Source: an uncultured Rhodospirillaceae bacterium
Lineage (GTDB): Bacteria > Pseudomonadota > Alphaproteobacteria > CAAGCB01 > CAG-977
Assembly (NCBI GenBank): GCA_900550445.1
Contig: URSF01000005.1
Coordinates: forward strand, 16,601-80,600
Reading direction: 5' to 3'
DNA length: 64,000 nt
Part shown: positions 51,397 to 59,755 of the stretch, piece by piece
Layout of the letters: every line of letters begins with the position of its first letter
How positions within the stretch are numbered: position 1 is the stretch's first letter
The notes under the pieces: model-generated
What the model was told of the DNA's origin: nothing
Seen by the model: only the letters and a program-made list of their open reading frames with translations
The model's database searches: none
Program-made: the position numbers and the translations under genes

Positions 51397-51807
51397 ATGA
51401 TTATCGGGACGGGAACGGATTTAGTGGATATCAGGCGCATTGAACGGTCGATAGAACGGTTCGGCAGCCTTTTTTGCGACAGAATTTATACGCCGGCGGA
51501 ACAGGACGCCTGCAATTCCCGTCAGGGAAAAAAGAAAATATCGGCTTATGCCATGCGCTTCGCTGCGAAAGAAGCTTGTTCCAAAGCTTTGGGCACGGGT
51601 TTAAGGCAGGGCGTTTTCTGGCGCGACATGGAAAACGCAAACCTGCCGACGGGCCAGCCGGTGATGCGTTTGACGGGCGGCGCCTTAAAAAGACTGAATT
51701 CTTTGTTGCCCGAGGGATTTATACCACAAATAGATGTTTCTTTGACAGATGAATATCCGTATGCTATGGCAGTTGTCATCATCAGCGCGGAACGTGAAAA
51801 AGGATAA
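51397..51807 (+). CDS. acpS: Holo-[acyl-carrier-protein] synthase
   Basis: 'MIIGTGTDLVDIRRIE' and 'FAAKEACSKALGTG'. Confidence 0.9.
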   Translation: MIIGTGTDLVDIRRIERSIERFGSLFCDRIYTPAEQDACNSRQGKKKISAYAMRFAAKEACSKALGTGLRQGVFWRDMENANLPTGQPVMRLTGGALKRLNSLLPEGFIPQIDVSLTDEYPYAMAVVIISAEREKG

Positions 51808-51811
51808 TGTG

Positions 51812-52552
51812 ATGGAAGAAAAAAATACGCAGAGCGGATTTTGGGAAACAACAAAAACGGTTATTTATGCCGTTCTGATCGCTTTGTTTGTCCGCACTGT
51901 TTTTGCGGAACCGTTCAGTATTCCTTCGGGATCCATGATTCCGACGCTGCTGGTCGGAGATTATCTGTTCGTTTCAAAAATGTCTTACGGTTACAGCAGG
52001 CATTCCATGCCGCTGAGCATTCCTTTGGTTAAAGGGCGCATTTTTTATGAAGAGCCCGAACGCGGCGACGTGATCGTTTTTAAAATGCCTTCGGACAACA
52101 GGACAGACTATATCAAACGCCTGATCGGTCTGCCCGGGGATAAAATCCAAGTCAGGGAAGGCCGGTTGTTTATTAACGGCAATATGGTCGAACGCCGTGA
52201 CGAAGGCGAATATGTCATGCGGGATCCGTCCGGAAAAGCTTTGCGTTTTAAAAAATTTACGGAAGTTCTGCCCGAAGGCCGCAGTCATTTGATCATTGAA
52301 GCGTCGGACGATGCGCCTTTTGATAACACGGAAGAATTTACGGTTCCCGAAGACCACTTTTTTATGATGGGGGATAACCGCGATAATTCTTTGGACAGCC
52401 GGTCAATCAAGGTCGGATTTGTGCCTAAGGTCAATCTGGTCGGAAAAGCAAAATTTTTATTTTTCTCCAACGACGGTTCGGCTGCCTGGTGGCAGGTATG
52501 GAAATGGCCGATGGCCGTGCGCTGGTCGCGTTTGTTTAATGGTATACGATAA
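51812..52552 (+). CDS. lepB: Signal peptidase I
   Basis: 'IPSGSMIPTL' (catalytic Ser), 'KRLIGLPGD' and 'GDNRDNSLDSR'. Confidence 0.93.
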   Translation: MEEKNTQSGFWETTKTVIYAVLIALFVRTVFAEPFSIPSGSMIPTLLVGDYLFVSKMSYGYSRHSMPLSIPLVKGRIFYEEPERGDVIVFKMPSDNRTDYIKRLIGLPGDKIQVREGRLFINGNMVERRDEGEYVMRDPSGKALRFKKFTEVLPEGRSHLIIEASDDAPFDNTEEFTVPEDHFFMMGDNRDNSLDSRSIKVGFVPKVNLVGKAKFLFFSNDGSAAWWQVWKWPMAVRWSRLFNGIR

Positions 52553-53217
52553 TGACGGATTATACGGATCTGTATCCTTGCCTGGGGTATTCGTTCAAAG
52601 ATGAAAAACTGTTAAAACAGGCTTTAACTCTGGGCTTCGGGGATCATTTTTCCGGTTATGAACGTTTGGAATTTCTGGGCGACCGGGTGTTGGGGGTCGT
52701 CGTCGCGCAGATGCTGTATCAACATTTTCCGCATGAAGCGGAAGGGGATCTGGCTAAACGTTTTTCCGATTTGACGCGGGCGGAAACTTTGGCCGCAATT
52801 TCCCGGGAACTGCACTTTTCCCGATATTTGATTTCGGCGGCGCCGACAAATAAACCGGATTTGACCAAAGCCGTTTTGTCAGACGTCTGCGAAGCCGTGA
52901 TCGCGGCGTTGTTTCTGGACGGCGGTTTTGAAGCCGCACGTCAGTTTGTTGTGCGTTACTGGACGGATCCGATGAATAAATTCACCGCTCCGCCGGTTGA
53001 TTCCAAGACGAAATTGCAGGAATGGGCACAGGCCAGAGGGCTTCCTTTACCCCAATATGTCCAGCTGAGCAGAACGGGACCGGATCATAATCCTGTTTTT
53101 ACAATGCAGGTTTCCGTCAAAGGACAGCCTTTGGTCAGCGCCAGCGGAAATTCAAAAAGAGAAGCTTCTCAAACTGCCGCGGCCGAATTGTTGAAAAGAT
53201 TGGAAAATCATGGATAA
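52552..53217 (+). CDS. rnc: Ribonuclease III
   Basis: 'ERLEFLGDRVLG' and a C-terminal dsRBD. Confidence 0.95.
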   Translation: MTDYTDLYPCLGYSFKDEKLLKQALTLGFGDHFSGYERLEFLGDRVLGVVVAQMLYQHFPHEAEGDLAKRFSDLTRAETLAAISRELHFSRYLISAAPTNKPDLTKAVLSDVCEAVIAALFLDGGFEAARQFVVRYWTDPMNKFTAPPVDSKTKLQEWAQARGLPLPQYVQLSRTGPDHNPVFTMQVSVKGQPLVSASGNSKREASQTAAAELLKRLENHG

Positions 53218-54109
53218 CATGTCTGAAAAATGCGGCTTTGTCACTTTATTGGGGGCGCCGAACGCCGGCAAGTCCACTTTAGTGAATTACATGGTCGGGG
53301 CAAAAGTTTCCATTGTTTCGCCAAAAGTTCAAACAACCCGTGCCCGTGTGCGCGGTATTGTTGTCAAAGGCGGTTGTGAAATCGTTTTAATTGATACGCC
53401 GGGGATTTTTAAACCGAAACGCCGGCTGGATCGTGCGATGGTCGCTGCCGCCTGGCAGGAAGCGGAATATTCCGACGTGCGGCTGGTGTTGGTTGACGCT
53501 AAACGCGGATTGGACGATGATACGCGTTCAATTATGGATTCTTTGCTTAAAAACAAACTGAAAGCCGTCCTGGTTTTAAATAAATCCGATCTGGTCAAAC
53601 CGGCACGGCTGGTGGAATTATCGGCCCGTTTAAATGAAAGCGGCCTTTTTAAAGAAACTTTTATGCTTTCCGCCGCAACGGGAAACGGGGTTGATGTCCT
53701 GGAAAATTATTTGATTTCTCAAATGCCCGAAAGCCCTTTTATGTTTCCCGCGGATCAGGTGTCCGACTTGCCGGACAAGCTGCTGGCCGCGGAAATTACG
53801 CGCGAAAAGCTGTATATGAACTTAAATCAGGAGCTGCCTTATATCAGTACGGTTCAGACGGATTCTTTTAAAGAAGATGAAAAAGGTCTGCGGATCGATC
53901 AGACGATTTATGTTGAAAAAAACAATCAAAAACAAATCGTTATCGGTAAAAACGGCGCGATGATCAAAAAAATAGGCATGCAGTCCAGGCAGGAACTGGA
54001 AACATTATTTGAATGCCGCGTTCATTTGTTTTTATTTGTCAAAGTCCGGGAAAAATGGGCCGACAATCCGGAGCATTATCGTCCCTGGGGATTGGATTTT
54101 AATGCCTGA
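53210..54109 (+). CDS. era: GTPase Era
   Basis: 'GAPNAGKSTL', 'DTPG', 'NKSD' and a KH domain 'IIGKNGAMIKKIG'. Confidence 0.95.
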   Translation: MDNMSEKCGFVTLLGAPNAGKSTLVNYMVGAKVSIVSPKVQTTRARVRGIVVKGGCEIVLIDTPGIFKPKRRLDRAMVAAAWQEAEYSDVRLVLVDAKRGLDDDTRSIMDSLLKNKLKAVLVLNKSDLVKPARLVELSARLNESGLFKETFMLSAATGNGVDVLENYLISQMPESPFMFPADQVSDLPDKLLAAEITREKLYMNLNQELPYISTVQTDSFKEDEKGLRIDQTIYVEKNNQKQIVIGKNGAMIKKIGMQSRQELETLFECRVHLFLFVKVREKWADNPEHYRPWGLDFNA

Positions 54110-54857
54110 ATGGTCGGACAACGCGATTATCATCGGGGTTAAAAAGTTTGCCGAACGTGATGCGATTGTTTCTTTTTTAACACAAAATCACGGCAAATAC
54201 AGCGGATTGTGCAAGGGGGCTTTTTCAAAACGTTTGTCCGGAACGGTGCAAACCGGAAATCTGGTTCAGTTGAATTGGAAAGCGCGGCTGGAAGAACATC
54301 TGGGAACGGTAAAAGTCGAATTGTTAAATGCTTATTGCGTTCCGGTTTTGTCTGATCCGGGACGATTAACGGCTTTATCGTGCTTGTGCGCGATGTGTTC
54401 TATGCTGCCGGAACGTGAAAGCGCGGAAGAATTTTTTCAAAAAACGCTGGAACAAATTGCTTTGCTGAGCTTTGACGGTTGGGCGGAACGTTACGCCCGT
54501 TGGGAAACGGAATTATTGAAAACATTGGGTTTCGGGCTGGATTTATCTGTTTGCGCCGCAACGGGAACGACGCAAGATTTAATCTATGTTTCGCCGAAAT
54601 CAGGCCGGGCAGTCAGCCGAAAAGCGGGCGAACCGTGGCGGGACAAATTACTGGCTCTGCCCGATTTCCTGCGAAACGAAACTTCTGCGCCGCAAAGCGG
54701 GGAAGAAATAAAAAAAGCTTTGATTCTAACAGGATTTTTCCTTGAAAATTATGTCCTAAAGACGCTAGACTGCTCTATTCCCGCCGTCAGAGGACGACTT
54801 GTCGATTACGTGTCCGGACGCGAAACGGTTGATCATCAGGGATTGCAAAATGAATGA
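54102..54857 (+). CDS. recO: DNA repair protein RecO
   Basis: 'WSDNAIIIGVKKFAERDAIVSFLTQNHGKYSGLCKG'. Its ATG at 54102 overlaps the end of era. It follows era in the usual order. Confidence 0.83.
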   Translation: MPEWSDNAIIIGVKKFAERDAIVSFLTQNHGKYSGLCKGAFSKRLSGTVQTGNLVQLNWKARLEEHLGTVKVELLNAYCVPVLSDPGRLTALSCLCAMCSMLPERESAEEFFQKTLEQIALLSFDGWAERYARWETELLKTLGFGLDLSVCAATGTTQDLIYVSPKSGRAVSRKAGEPWRDKLLALPDFLRNETSAPQSGEEIKKALILTGFFLENYVLKTLDCSIPAVRGRLVDYVSGRETVDHQGLQNE

Positions 54858-57066
54858 AAATGAACAAATAAAAGAAACAAAAATGGCGGAAGCTCTGGGG
54901 GAACGTTACCTTGCCTATGCAATGTCAACGATTGTTTCCAGGTCGTTGCCCGACGTGCGCGACGGTCTGAAGCCCGTTCACCGCCGGTTGCTGTATGCAA
55001 TGAACGCTTTGCATTTGGATCCCGAATCAGGTTTTAAAAAATGCGCCCGCGTTGTCGGTGACGTCATCGGTAAATATCACCCTCACGGCGATACGGCGGT
55101 TTATGAAACAATGGTGCGTCTGGCGCAGGATTTTGCCGTGCGTTATCCTTTGGTCGAAGGGCAGGGGAATTTCGGCAATATTGACGGTGATAGCGCGGCT
55201 GCCATGCGTTATACGGAAGCCCGTCTGACCGAAGTCGCCAAAGCTATTATGGACGGTTTGAACGACGGAACGGTCGATTTCCGGCCGACTTATTCCGGCG
55301 AAGATGTGGAACCGGTCGTTATGCCGTGCGCTTTTCCAAATCTGTTGGCGAACGGATCTGCCGGAATCGCCGTCGGTATGGCGACGAATGTGCCGCCTCA
55401 TAATGTCGGCGAAATTGCCGACGCTTTGCAGCTGTTGATTAAAAAGCCGGATTGTTCGGTCGCCGATTTAATGAAATTTGTCCGCGGTCCCGATTTTCCG
55501 ACGGGCGGGGAAATCGTAGAAAAACCGGAAAGCATTTTAAAAACGTATGAAACCGGACGCGGCGCTATGCGTGTGCGGGCCAAATGGGAAAAGGACGAAT
55601 TGTCCCACGGTATGTACCAGATTATCGTGACTGAAATTCCCTATATGGTTAAAAAATCAGAACTGATCAGCAAAATTGCCAAGCTTTTATTGGAAAAGAA
55701 ACTGCCCTTTTTGGCCGATATCCGCGATGAATCGGCTGAAAATGTCCGTATTGTTCTGGAGCCGAAAAACCGCAATATTGAACCGGAACAATTAATGACG
55801 CATTTGTTCCGTTTGACCGATATGCAGGTCAATTTCAATATGAACATGAACGTTTTGGACAAAGACGGCGTTCCGCGCGTTATGGATTTAAAGCAGGTAT
55901 TGCAGGCTTTTCTGGATCACCGTCAGGACGTTTTAATCCGTCGGTCCAAATTCCGTCTGGACAAGATTAATCACAGAATGGAAGTATTGGAAGGATTTCT
56001 GGTCGCTTACTTAAATCTGGACGAAGTTATCCGCATTATCCGTGAGGAAGACGAAGCAAAGCCGGCTTTGATGGCCGCCTTTAAGCTGACGGAAATACAG
56101 GCGGACGCCATTTTAAATATGCGTTTGCGTTCTTTGCGCAAGCTGGAAGAAATGCAAATTAAAACAGAGCATGACGAACTGGCCGGCGAAAAGGAAAAAC
56201 TGGAAGCTCTGTTGGCGGACGAAGCTTTACGCTGGAAAGAAATTTCCGCTGAAATTTCTCTAATGAAAAAGAAATTCGGACAGGCGACGGCTTTGGGAAA
56301 ACGTCGTACGCTTATTTCCGGCGAACCCGAAGAAATCGATATTCCGTTGGAAGCTTTGATCGAACGTGAACCGATTACGGTTATTTTATCCGAAAAGGGC
56401 TGGATCCGTTCCGTTAAAGGGCATGTCCAGCTGGACGATGATGTCAAGTTCAAAGAAGGCGATCGTCTGCAATGCGGACTGCAGGCGCAGACAACAGATA
56501 AGATTTTAATGTTTGCGACCAACGGGCGGTATTATACTTTATCCGGGGACAAGCTGCCGCGCGGCCGCGGTTTCGGAGAGCCGCTGCGTTTGTCGATTGA
56601 TTTGCCGGAAGAAGATGAAATCATTTCCATGACGATTTTCCGCCCCGGTGAAAAAAGGCTGATCGTTTCCAAAAAAGGAAAAGGGTTTATCGTTAAGGAA
56701 GATGACTTGCTGGCTCAAACGCGCAACGGCAGGATTGTTTTAAATCTGACTGAAGGGGATCGCGCTTATTTATCTTTGCCCGTTGCCGGCAATGCCGTTG
56801 CCGTTATCGGGGAAAACCGGAAGCTGTTGATTTTTGATTTAAGCGAAATCCCGGAAATGACGCGCGGACAGGGGGTTTTTATTCAAAAATACCCGGCCGG
56901 CGTGACGTTGTCGGACATTAAATTGTTTAACAAAGAAGACGGACTGGCTTATCCTTGCGGCGGCGGTACCAGAATTGAAACAAATCTGGTCGGCTGGACG
57001 GGGCATCGCGCGCAAATCGGTAAAATGCCGCCGGTCGGATTCCCGAAAAGCAATAAGTTTTCATAA
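54850..57066 (+). CDS. parC: DNA topoisomerase IV subunit A
   Basis: 'RSLPDVRDGLKPVHRRLLYAM' and 'AAMRYTEARL' (active-site Tyr). It is ~738 aa, with no GyrA box seen. The ATG at 54850 is preferred. Confidence 0.88.
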   Translation: MNENEQIKETKMAEALGERYLAYAMSTIVSRSLPDVRDGLKPVHRRLLYAMNALHLDPESGFKKCARVVGDVIGKYHPHGDTAVYETMVRLAQDFAVRYPLVEGQGNFGNIDGDSAAAMRYTEARLTEVAKAIMDGLNDGTVDFRPTYSGEDVEPVVMPCAFPNLLANGSAGIAVGMATNVPPHNVGEIADALQLLIKKPDCSVADLMKFVRGPDFPTGGEIVEKPESILKTYETGRGAMRVRAKWEKDELSHGMYQIIVTEIPYMVKKSELISKIAKLLLEKKLPFLADIRDESAENVRIVLEPKNRNIEPEQLMTHLFRLTDMQVNFNMNMNVLDKDGVPRVMDLKQVLQAFLDHRQDVLIRRSKFRLDKINHRMEVLEGFLVAYLNLDEVIRIIREEDEAKPALMAAFKLTEIQADAILNMRLRSLRKLEEMQIKTEHDELAGEKEKLEALLADEALRWKEISAEISLMKKKFGQATALGKRRTLISGEPEEIDIPLEALIEREPITVILSEKGWIRSVKGHVQLDDDVKFKEGDRLQCGLQAQTTDKILMFATNGRYYTLSGDKLPRGRGFGEPLRLSIDLPEEDEIISMTIFRPGEKRLIVSKKGKGFIVKEDDLLAQTRNGRIVLNLTEGDRAYLSLPVAGNAVAVIGENRKLLIFDLSEIPEMTRGQGVFIQKYPAGVTLSDIKLFNKEDGLAYPCGGGTRIETNLVGWTGHRAQIGKMPPVGFPKSNKFS

Positions 57067-57105
57067 TATTTACAGCTGTATCAGGAACTTCCGGTTTAAA
57101 TAAAA

Positions 57106-57651
57106 ATGCGTTCTACTTTTTTTAAAAAGATTTTGATCGGGATTTGCTTTTTTTGTCCTTTATCCGGCCGGGCCGAAGAAAACAAGCTGGATTTTTTGGA
57201 ACAGGATATCCGGAAAATATATCTGTCAAAAAACTGGGATTTATATCTGCCGGTGAATACATGGCATAACCGGGAAATGTACGATAAAAAGAAAACAGAT
57301 TCCTATAACGAAAAGCCGTGGGGGATCGGAATTGGCAAGCATATTTATGAAGACGATATCCTGCGCGGGTTATATTTTATGGTATTCAGCGATTCCCACA
57401 GCAAAGCCGAACCGATTTTCGGGTATTTGCGCCAATGGAATTATTATTTTGACCGAGATAATGATTTTTCCGTCGGCGCCGGGTATACTCTGGGCGTAAC
57501 ATTCAGAGACGATTATAATTATCTGCCTATTCCCGTTATTTTGCCGATTTTCGGTTTTCAATATAAAAAAGTCGCCGTTCAGGCGACATATATTCCCGGC
57601 CCGTATAACATGTTTAACGTTTTATTTACCTGGGTTCGGATCGAGTTATGA
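57106..57651 (+). CDS. pagP: Lipid A palmitoyltransferase PagP
   Basis: It is collinear with my recollection of E. coli PagP: 'DLYLPVNTWHNREMYDKKKTDSYNEKPWGIGIGK...', 'NYLPIPVILP' and 'ATYIPG'. Confidence 0.82.
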   Translation: MRSTFFKKILIGICFFCPLSGRAEENKLDFLEQDIRKIYLSKNWDLYLPVNTWHNREMYDKKKTDSYNEKPWGIGIGKHIYEDDILRGLYFMVFSDSHSKAEPIFGYLRQWNYYFDRDNDFSVGAGYTLGVTFRDDYNYLPIPVILPIFGFQYKKVAVQATYIPGPYNMFNVLFTWVRIEL

Positions 57652-58442
57652 AAAAACAAACGGCTGCTTTGATTTTCAGTCTTTTTTCTTTTACGGCGTC
57701 CGCGGAAGATCTGCCGATTAATCCGCCGCGGGAACTGGATTTTTCAGACAGAGAAGAAATATTTTCCGTCCGCCGCGAAATGATGCGGCGTTATCCTTTG
57801 TCAAACGGTGATTATACGCCGCAAGGGCCTGTATATGCTCAGGTTGTCGGCGGTAAAGAATGGCCCGGAATCAGCGGTATTAACTGCCGCGGTAAGGGGG
57901 AACGCATAACGTTCGGTCTTTCACGGGAAAGTATTTTTATTGACAACCCTTTTTTGCTGATCGGCATAACAACGGGAGGCTTCAGCTTGTCCGGCTGGGA
58001 TTGTCCCGATGTTTACCCTATGCCGGCACGGATTTTTTTTGAAAAAGAAAAATCAAGAATTTATGTCGATTATAATTTCTCTTCTTATCAGAAAATGTTT
58101 CAAAACTATTTTCAAAGGCCGGTGCCGTCTGCGGATCTTTTGCTGCAGTTCACCGGAGAAAATGCCAGAGATCTGGGATTTTCTTACGGTTATGTTTCCG
58201 CATCTGAAAACATGGTTTTTCCCAATCCGGTTAATATTGCCAATACTGTTTTTCAGTTTAAGGATTTTGTGCATCTGGCCTATAATCTGGGGTGTGCCTG
58301 TAACAACGGATCGCCGAACCAGCCGGAGTTGGATTTTTCATTCACTCGGCTGCCGGCAGAGGTTCGTTTTAAATTATGGAAAGAAAAGCCGTCTTCTCCT
58401 GAATCGCCGGCCGATATGATTTTTGAAATGAAAATTAATTAA
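57648..58442 (+). CDS. Secreted hypothetical protein (264 aa), translationally coupled to pagP
   Basis: Signal peptide 'MKKQTAALIFSLFSFTASA'. ATGA overlap with the pagP stop. I recognise no motif. Confidence 0.6.
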   Translation: MKKQTAALIFSLFSFTASAEDLPINPPRELDFSDREEIFSVRREMMRRYPLSNGDYTPQGPVYAQVVGGKEWPGISGINCRGKGERITFGLSRESIFIDNPFLLIGITTGGFSLSGWDCPDVYPMPARIFFEKEKSRIYVDYNFSSYQKMFQNYFQRPVPSADLLLQFTGENARDLGFSYGYVSASENMVFPNPVNIANTVFQFKDFVHLAYNLGCACNNGSPNQPELDFSFTRLPAEVRFKLWKEKPSSPESPADMIFEMKIN

Positions 58443-58461
58443 TATCGTTTTTGATGCGGCA

Positions 58462-58577
58462 AAATGGGGTGAGGTTGCTCGGAACTTTGTTCCTCGTCCT
58501 TTCAGGACCGCCTGACGGCGTCGCTCCCTTCGGTCGCCGAACTCACTTCGCGAGTTCAAATCTCATACCTCTCATTT
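58462..58577. other. Degenerate tRNA-like / att-like remnant
   Basis: 'ATGGGGTGAG' repeats the 3' end of the adjacent tRNA-Ser (58628-58637). A canonical T-loop-like 'GAGTTCAAATCTC' and several short hairpins are present. No complete cloverleaf can be drawn. Confidence 0.25.
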
Positions 58578-58586
58578 CTTCATAAA

Positions 58587-58617
58587 TAAAAAAACTCCCT
58601 AAAGGGAGTTTTTTTTA
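58587..58617. terminator. Bidirectional rho-independent terminator
   Basis: AACTCCCT-aa-AGGGAGTT, flanked by an A-run and a T-run. Confidence 0.8.
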
Positions 58618-58621
58618 TTTA

Positions 58622-58711
58622 TGGCGGATGGGGTGAGATTCGAACTCACGAACTCCGTAAAGAGTCGCCGGTTTTCAAGACCGGTGCATTCAACCGCTCT
58701 GCCACCCATCC
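58622..58711 (-). tRNA. tRNA-Ser (anticodon UGA) with a long variable arm and an encoded CCA
   Basis: Minus strand: GGATGGG acceptor, anticodon arm CCGGT-CTTGAAA-ACCGG, T arm GTGAG-TTCGAAT-CTCAC, then CCCATCC-G-CCA. Confidence 0.93.
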
Positions 58712-58916
58712 GCGACGTTCGCATTCTCTAATATTTTTAATTAAAAATCAAGAATTTATAAAATGTTTTTATAAAAAATATTTTTTATTTAAAATCAATA
58801 TGATACATTTAAAACTTAATCTGATTTGTCTGTTTTTGAACATTGAAACGCGCTTGAAGGCCGCGTAAAAAAGTGTCATCATACAGCATTGTTTATAAAA
58901 AGTTGGGAGAGAGTTA

Positions 58917-59627
58917 ATGACAGAAGAAACACAAACGCCGGCGGCTCAGCCTGATGCGGCGCCGGCAGCCGCTGCACCCGCCGCAGCCGAGCAGCCGAAG
59001 TCGGAAGCTGCCGTCAAGGCTCAGGAAGTCGGCAAAAAATTAACCGGTTTCTTAGGCGGACTTGCTGAAAAAGCCAAAAATCTGGATATGAAAGAACTGG
59101 CCGAAAAAGCTAAAAACATTGACGTCAAGGAATTAACAGAAAAAGCAAAGCAAAAAGTTAATGAAGTCAAAGATAAGGCGGCGGAAATAAATGCCGGAAA
59201 AGCGGATAATGTTGTTCCGCCGCGCGAAACCGTTCCCGCTGATCAGATAAAAGAGATACTGACCAAAGCCGCCGCACAAATGATTGAAGAAACTCCGGCG
59301 GTTGTTCAGGCTGTTTTGGCCGATCTGGCGCAGGGAGAGCAAATCGCGGCGAAAATAAAATTCGGGACTGCGACCGATCCTGTTTATGTGGCTTTATCGG
59401 CTAAGAATTTTTATTATTTTACCAAAAGTTCCGATCAGTTTTTAGCGGAAATTTATCCCGTTTCATCTGTCCGCGGGTTTTCCGTATTGCCGCCGCGCGG
59501 CGAAACGGCCGGACGTATGACCGTTTTTACAAAAAACGGAGAAATTAAGCTGACAATCAGCAGCTTGGAATGTTACGCCAAAACGTTAGTTTTATATCGC
59601 GCGATCCGTTCCTTTATGGAAAAATAA
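58917..59627 (+). CDS. Hypothetical protein with an Ala/Pro-rich N-terminus, 'AEKAKN(L/I)D(M/V)KEL' repeats and a globular C-terminal domain
   Basis: RBS GGGAGAGAG. Repeats 'LAEKAKNLDMKELAEKAKNIDVKELTEKAK'. Confidence 0.6.
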   Translation: MTEETQTPAAQPDAAPAAAAPAAAEQPKSEAAVKAQEVGKKLTGFLGGLAEKAKNLDMKELAEKAKNIDVKELTEKAKQKVNEVKDKAAEINAGKADNVVPPRETVPADQIKEILTKAAAQMIEETPAVVQAVLADLAQGEQIAAKIKFGTATDPVYVALSAKNFYYFTKSSDQFLAEIYPVSSVRGFSVLPPRGETAGRMTVFTKNGEIKLTISSLECYAKTLVLYRAIRSFMEK

Positions 59628-59648
59628 ACCGTTTCGGTTATTTTATTG

Positions 59649-59684
59649 AAAAACGCTTTTGTCCCGCGGCAAAAGCGTTTTTTC
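59649..59684 (+). terminator. Rho-independent terminator
   Basis: AAACGCTTTTG-tcccgcgg-CAAAAGCGTTT-TTT. Confidence 0.8.
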
Positions 59685-59755
59685 AGTTAACGAAAAAATA
59701 ACGTCTTTTTTATAAAAATTAAAAAAAAGAATATTTTTCATAAAGGCATCGTTTT

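Noticed and set aside
58445-58620. A possible (two-piece, permuted) alphaproteobacterial tmRNA gene, suggested by the T-loop-like GAGTTCAAATCTC.
   Set aside because: The region is only ~180 nt. I found no tag-peptide reading frame ending in ...AA-stop, no CCA-terminated acceptor piece and no pseudoknot-rich segment.
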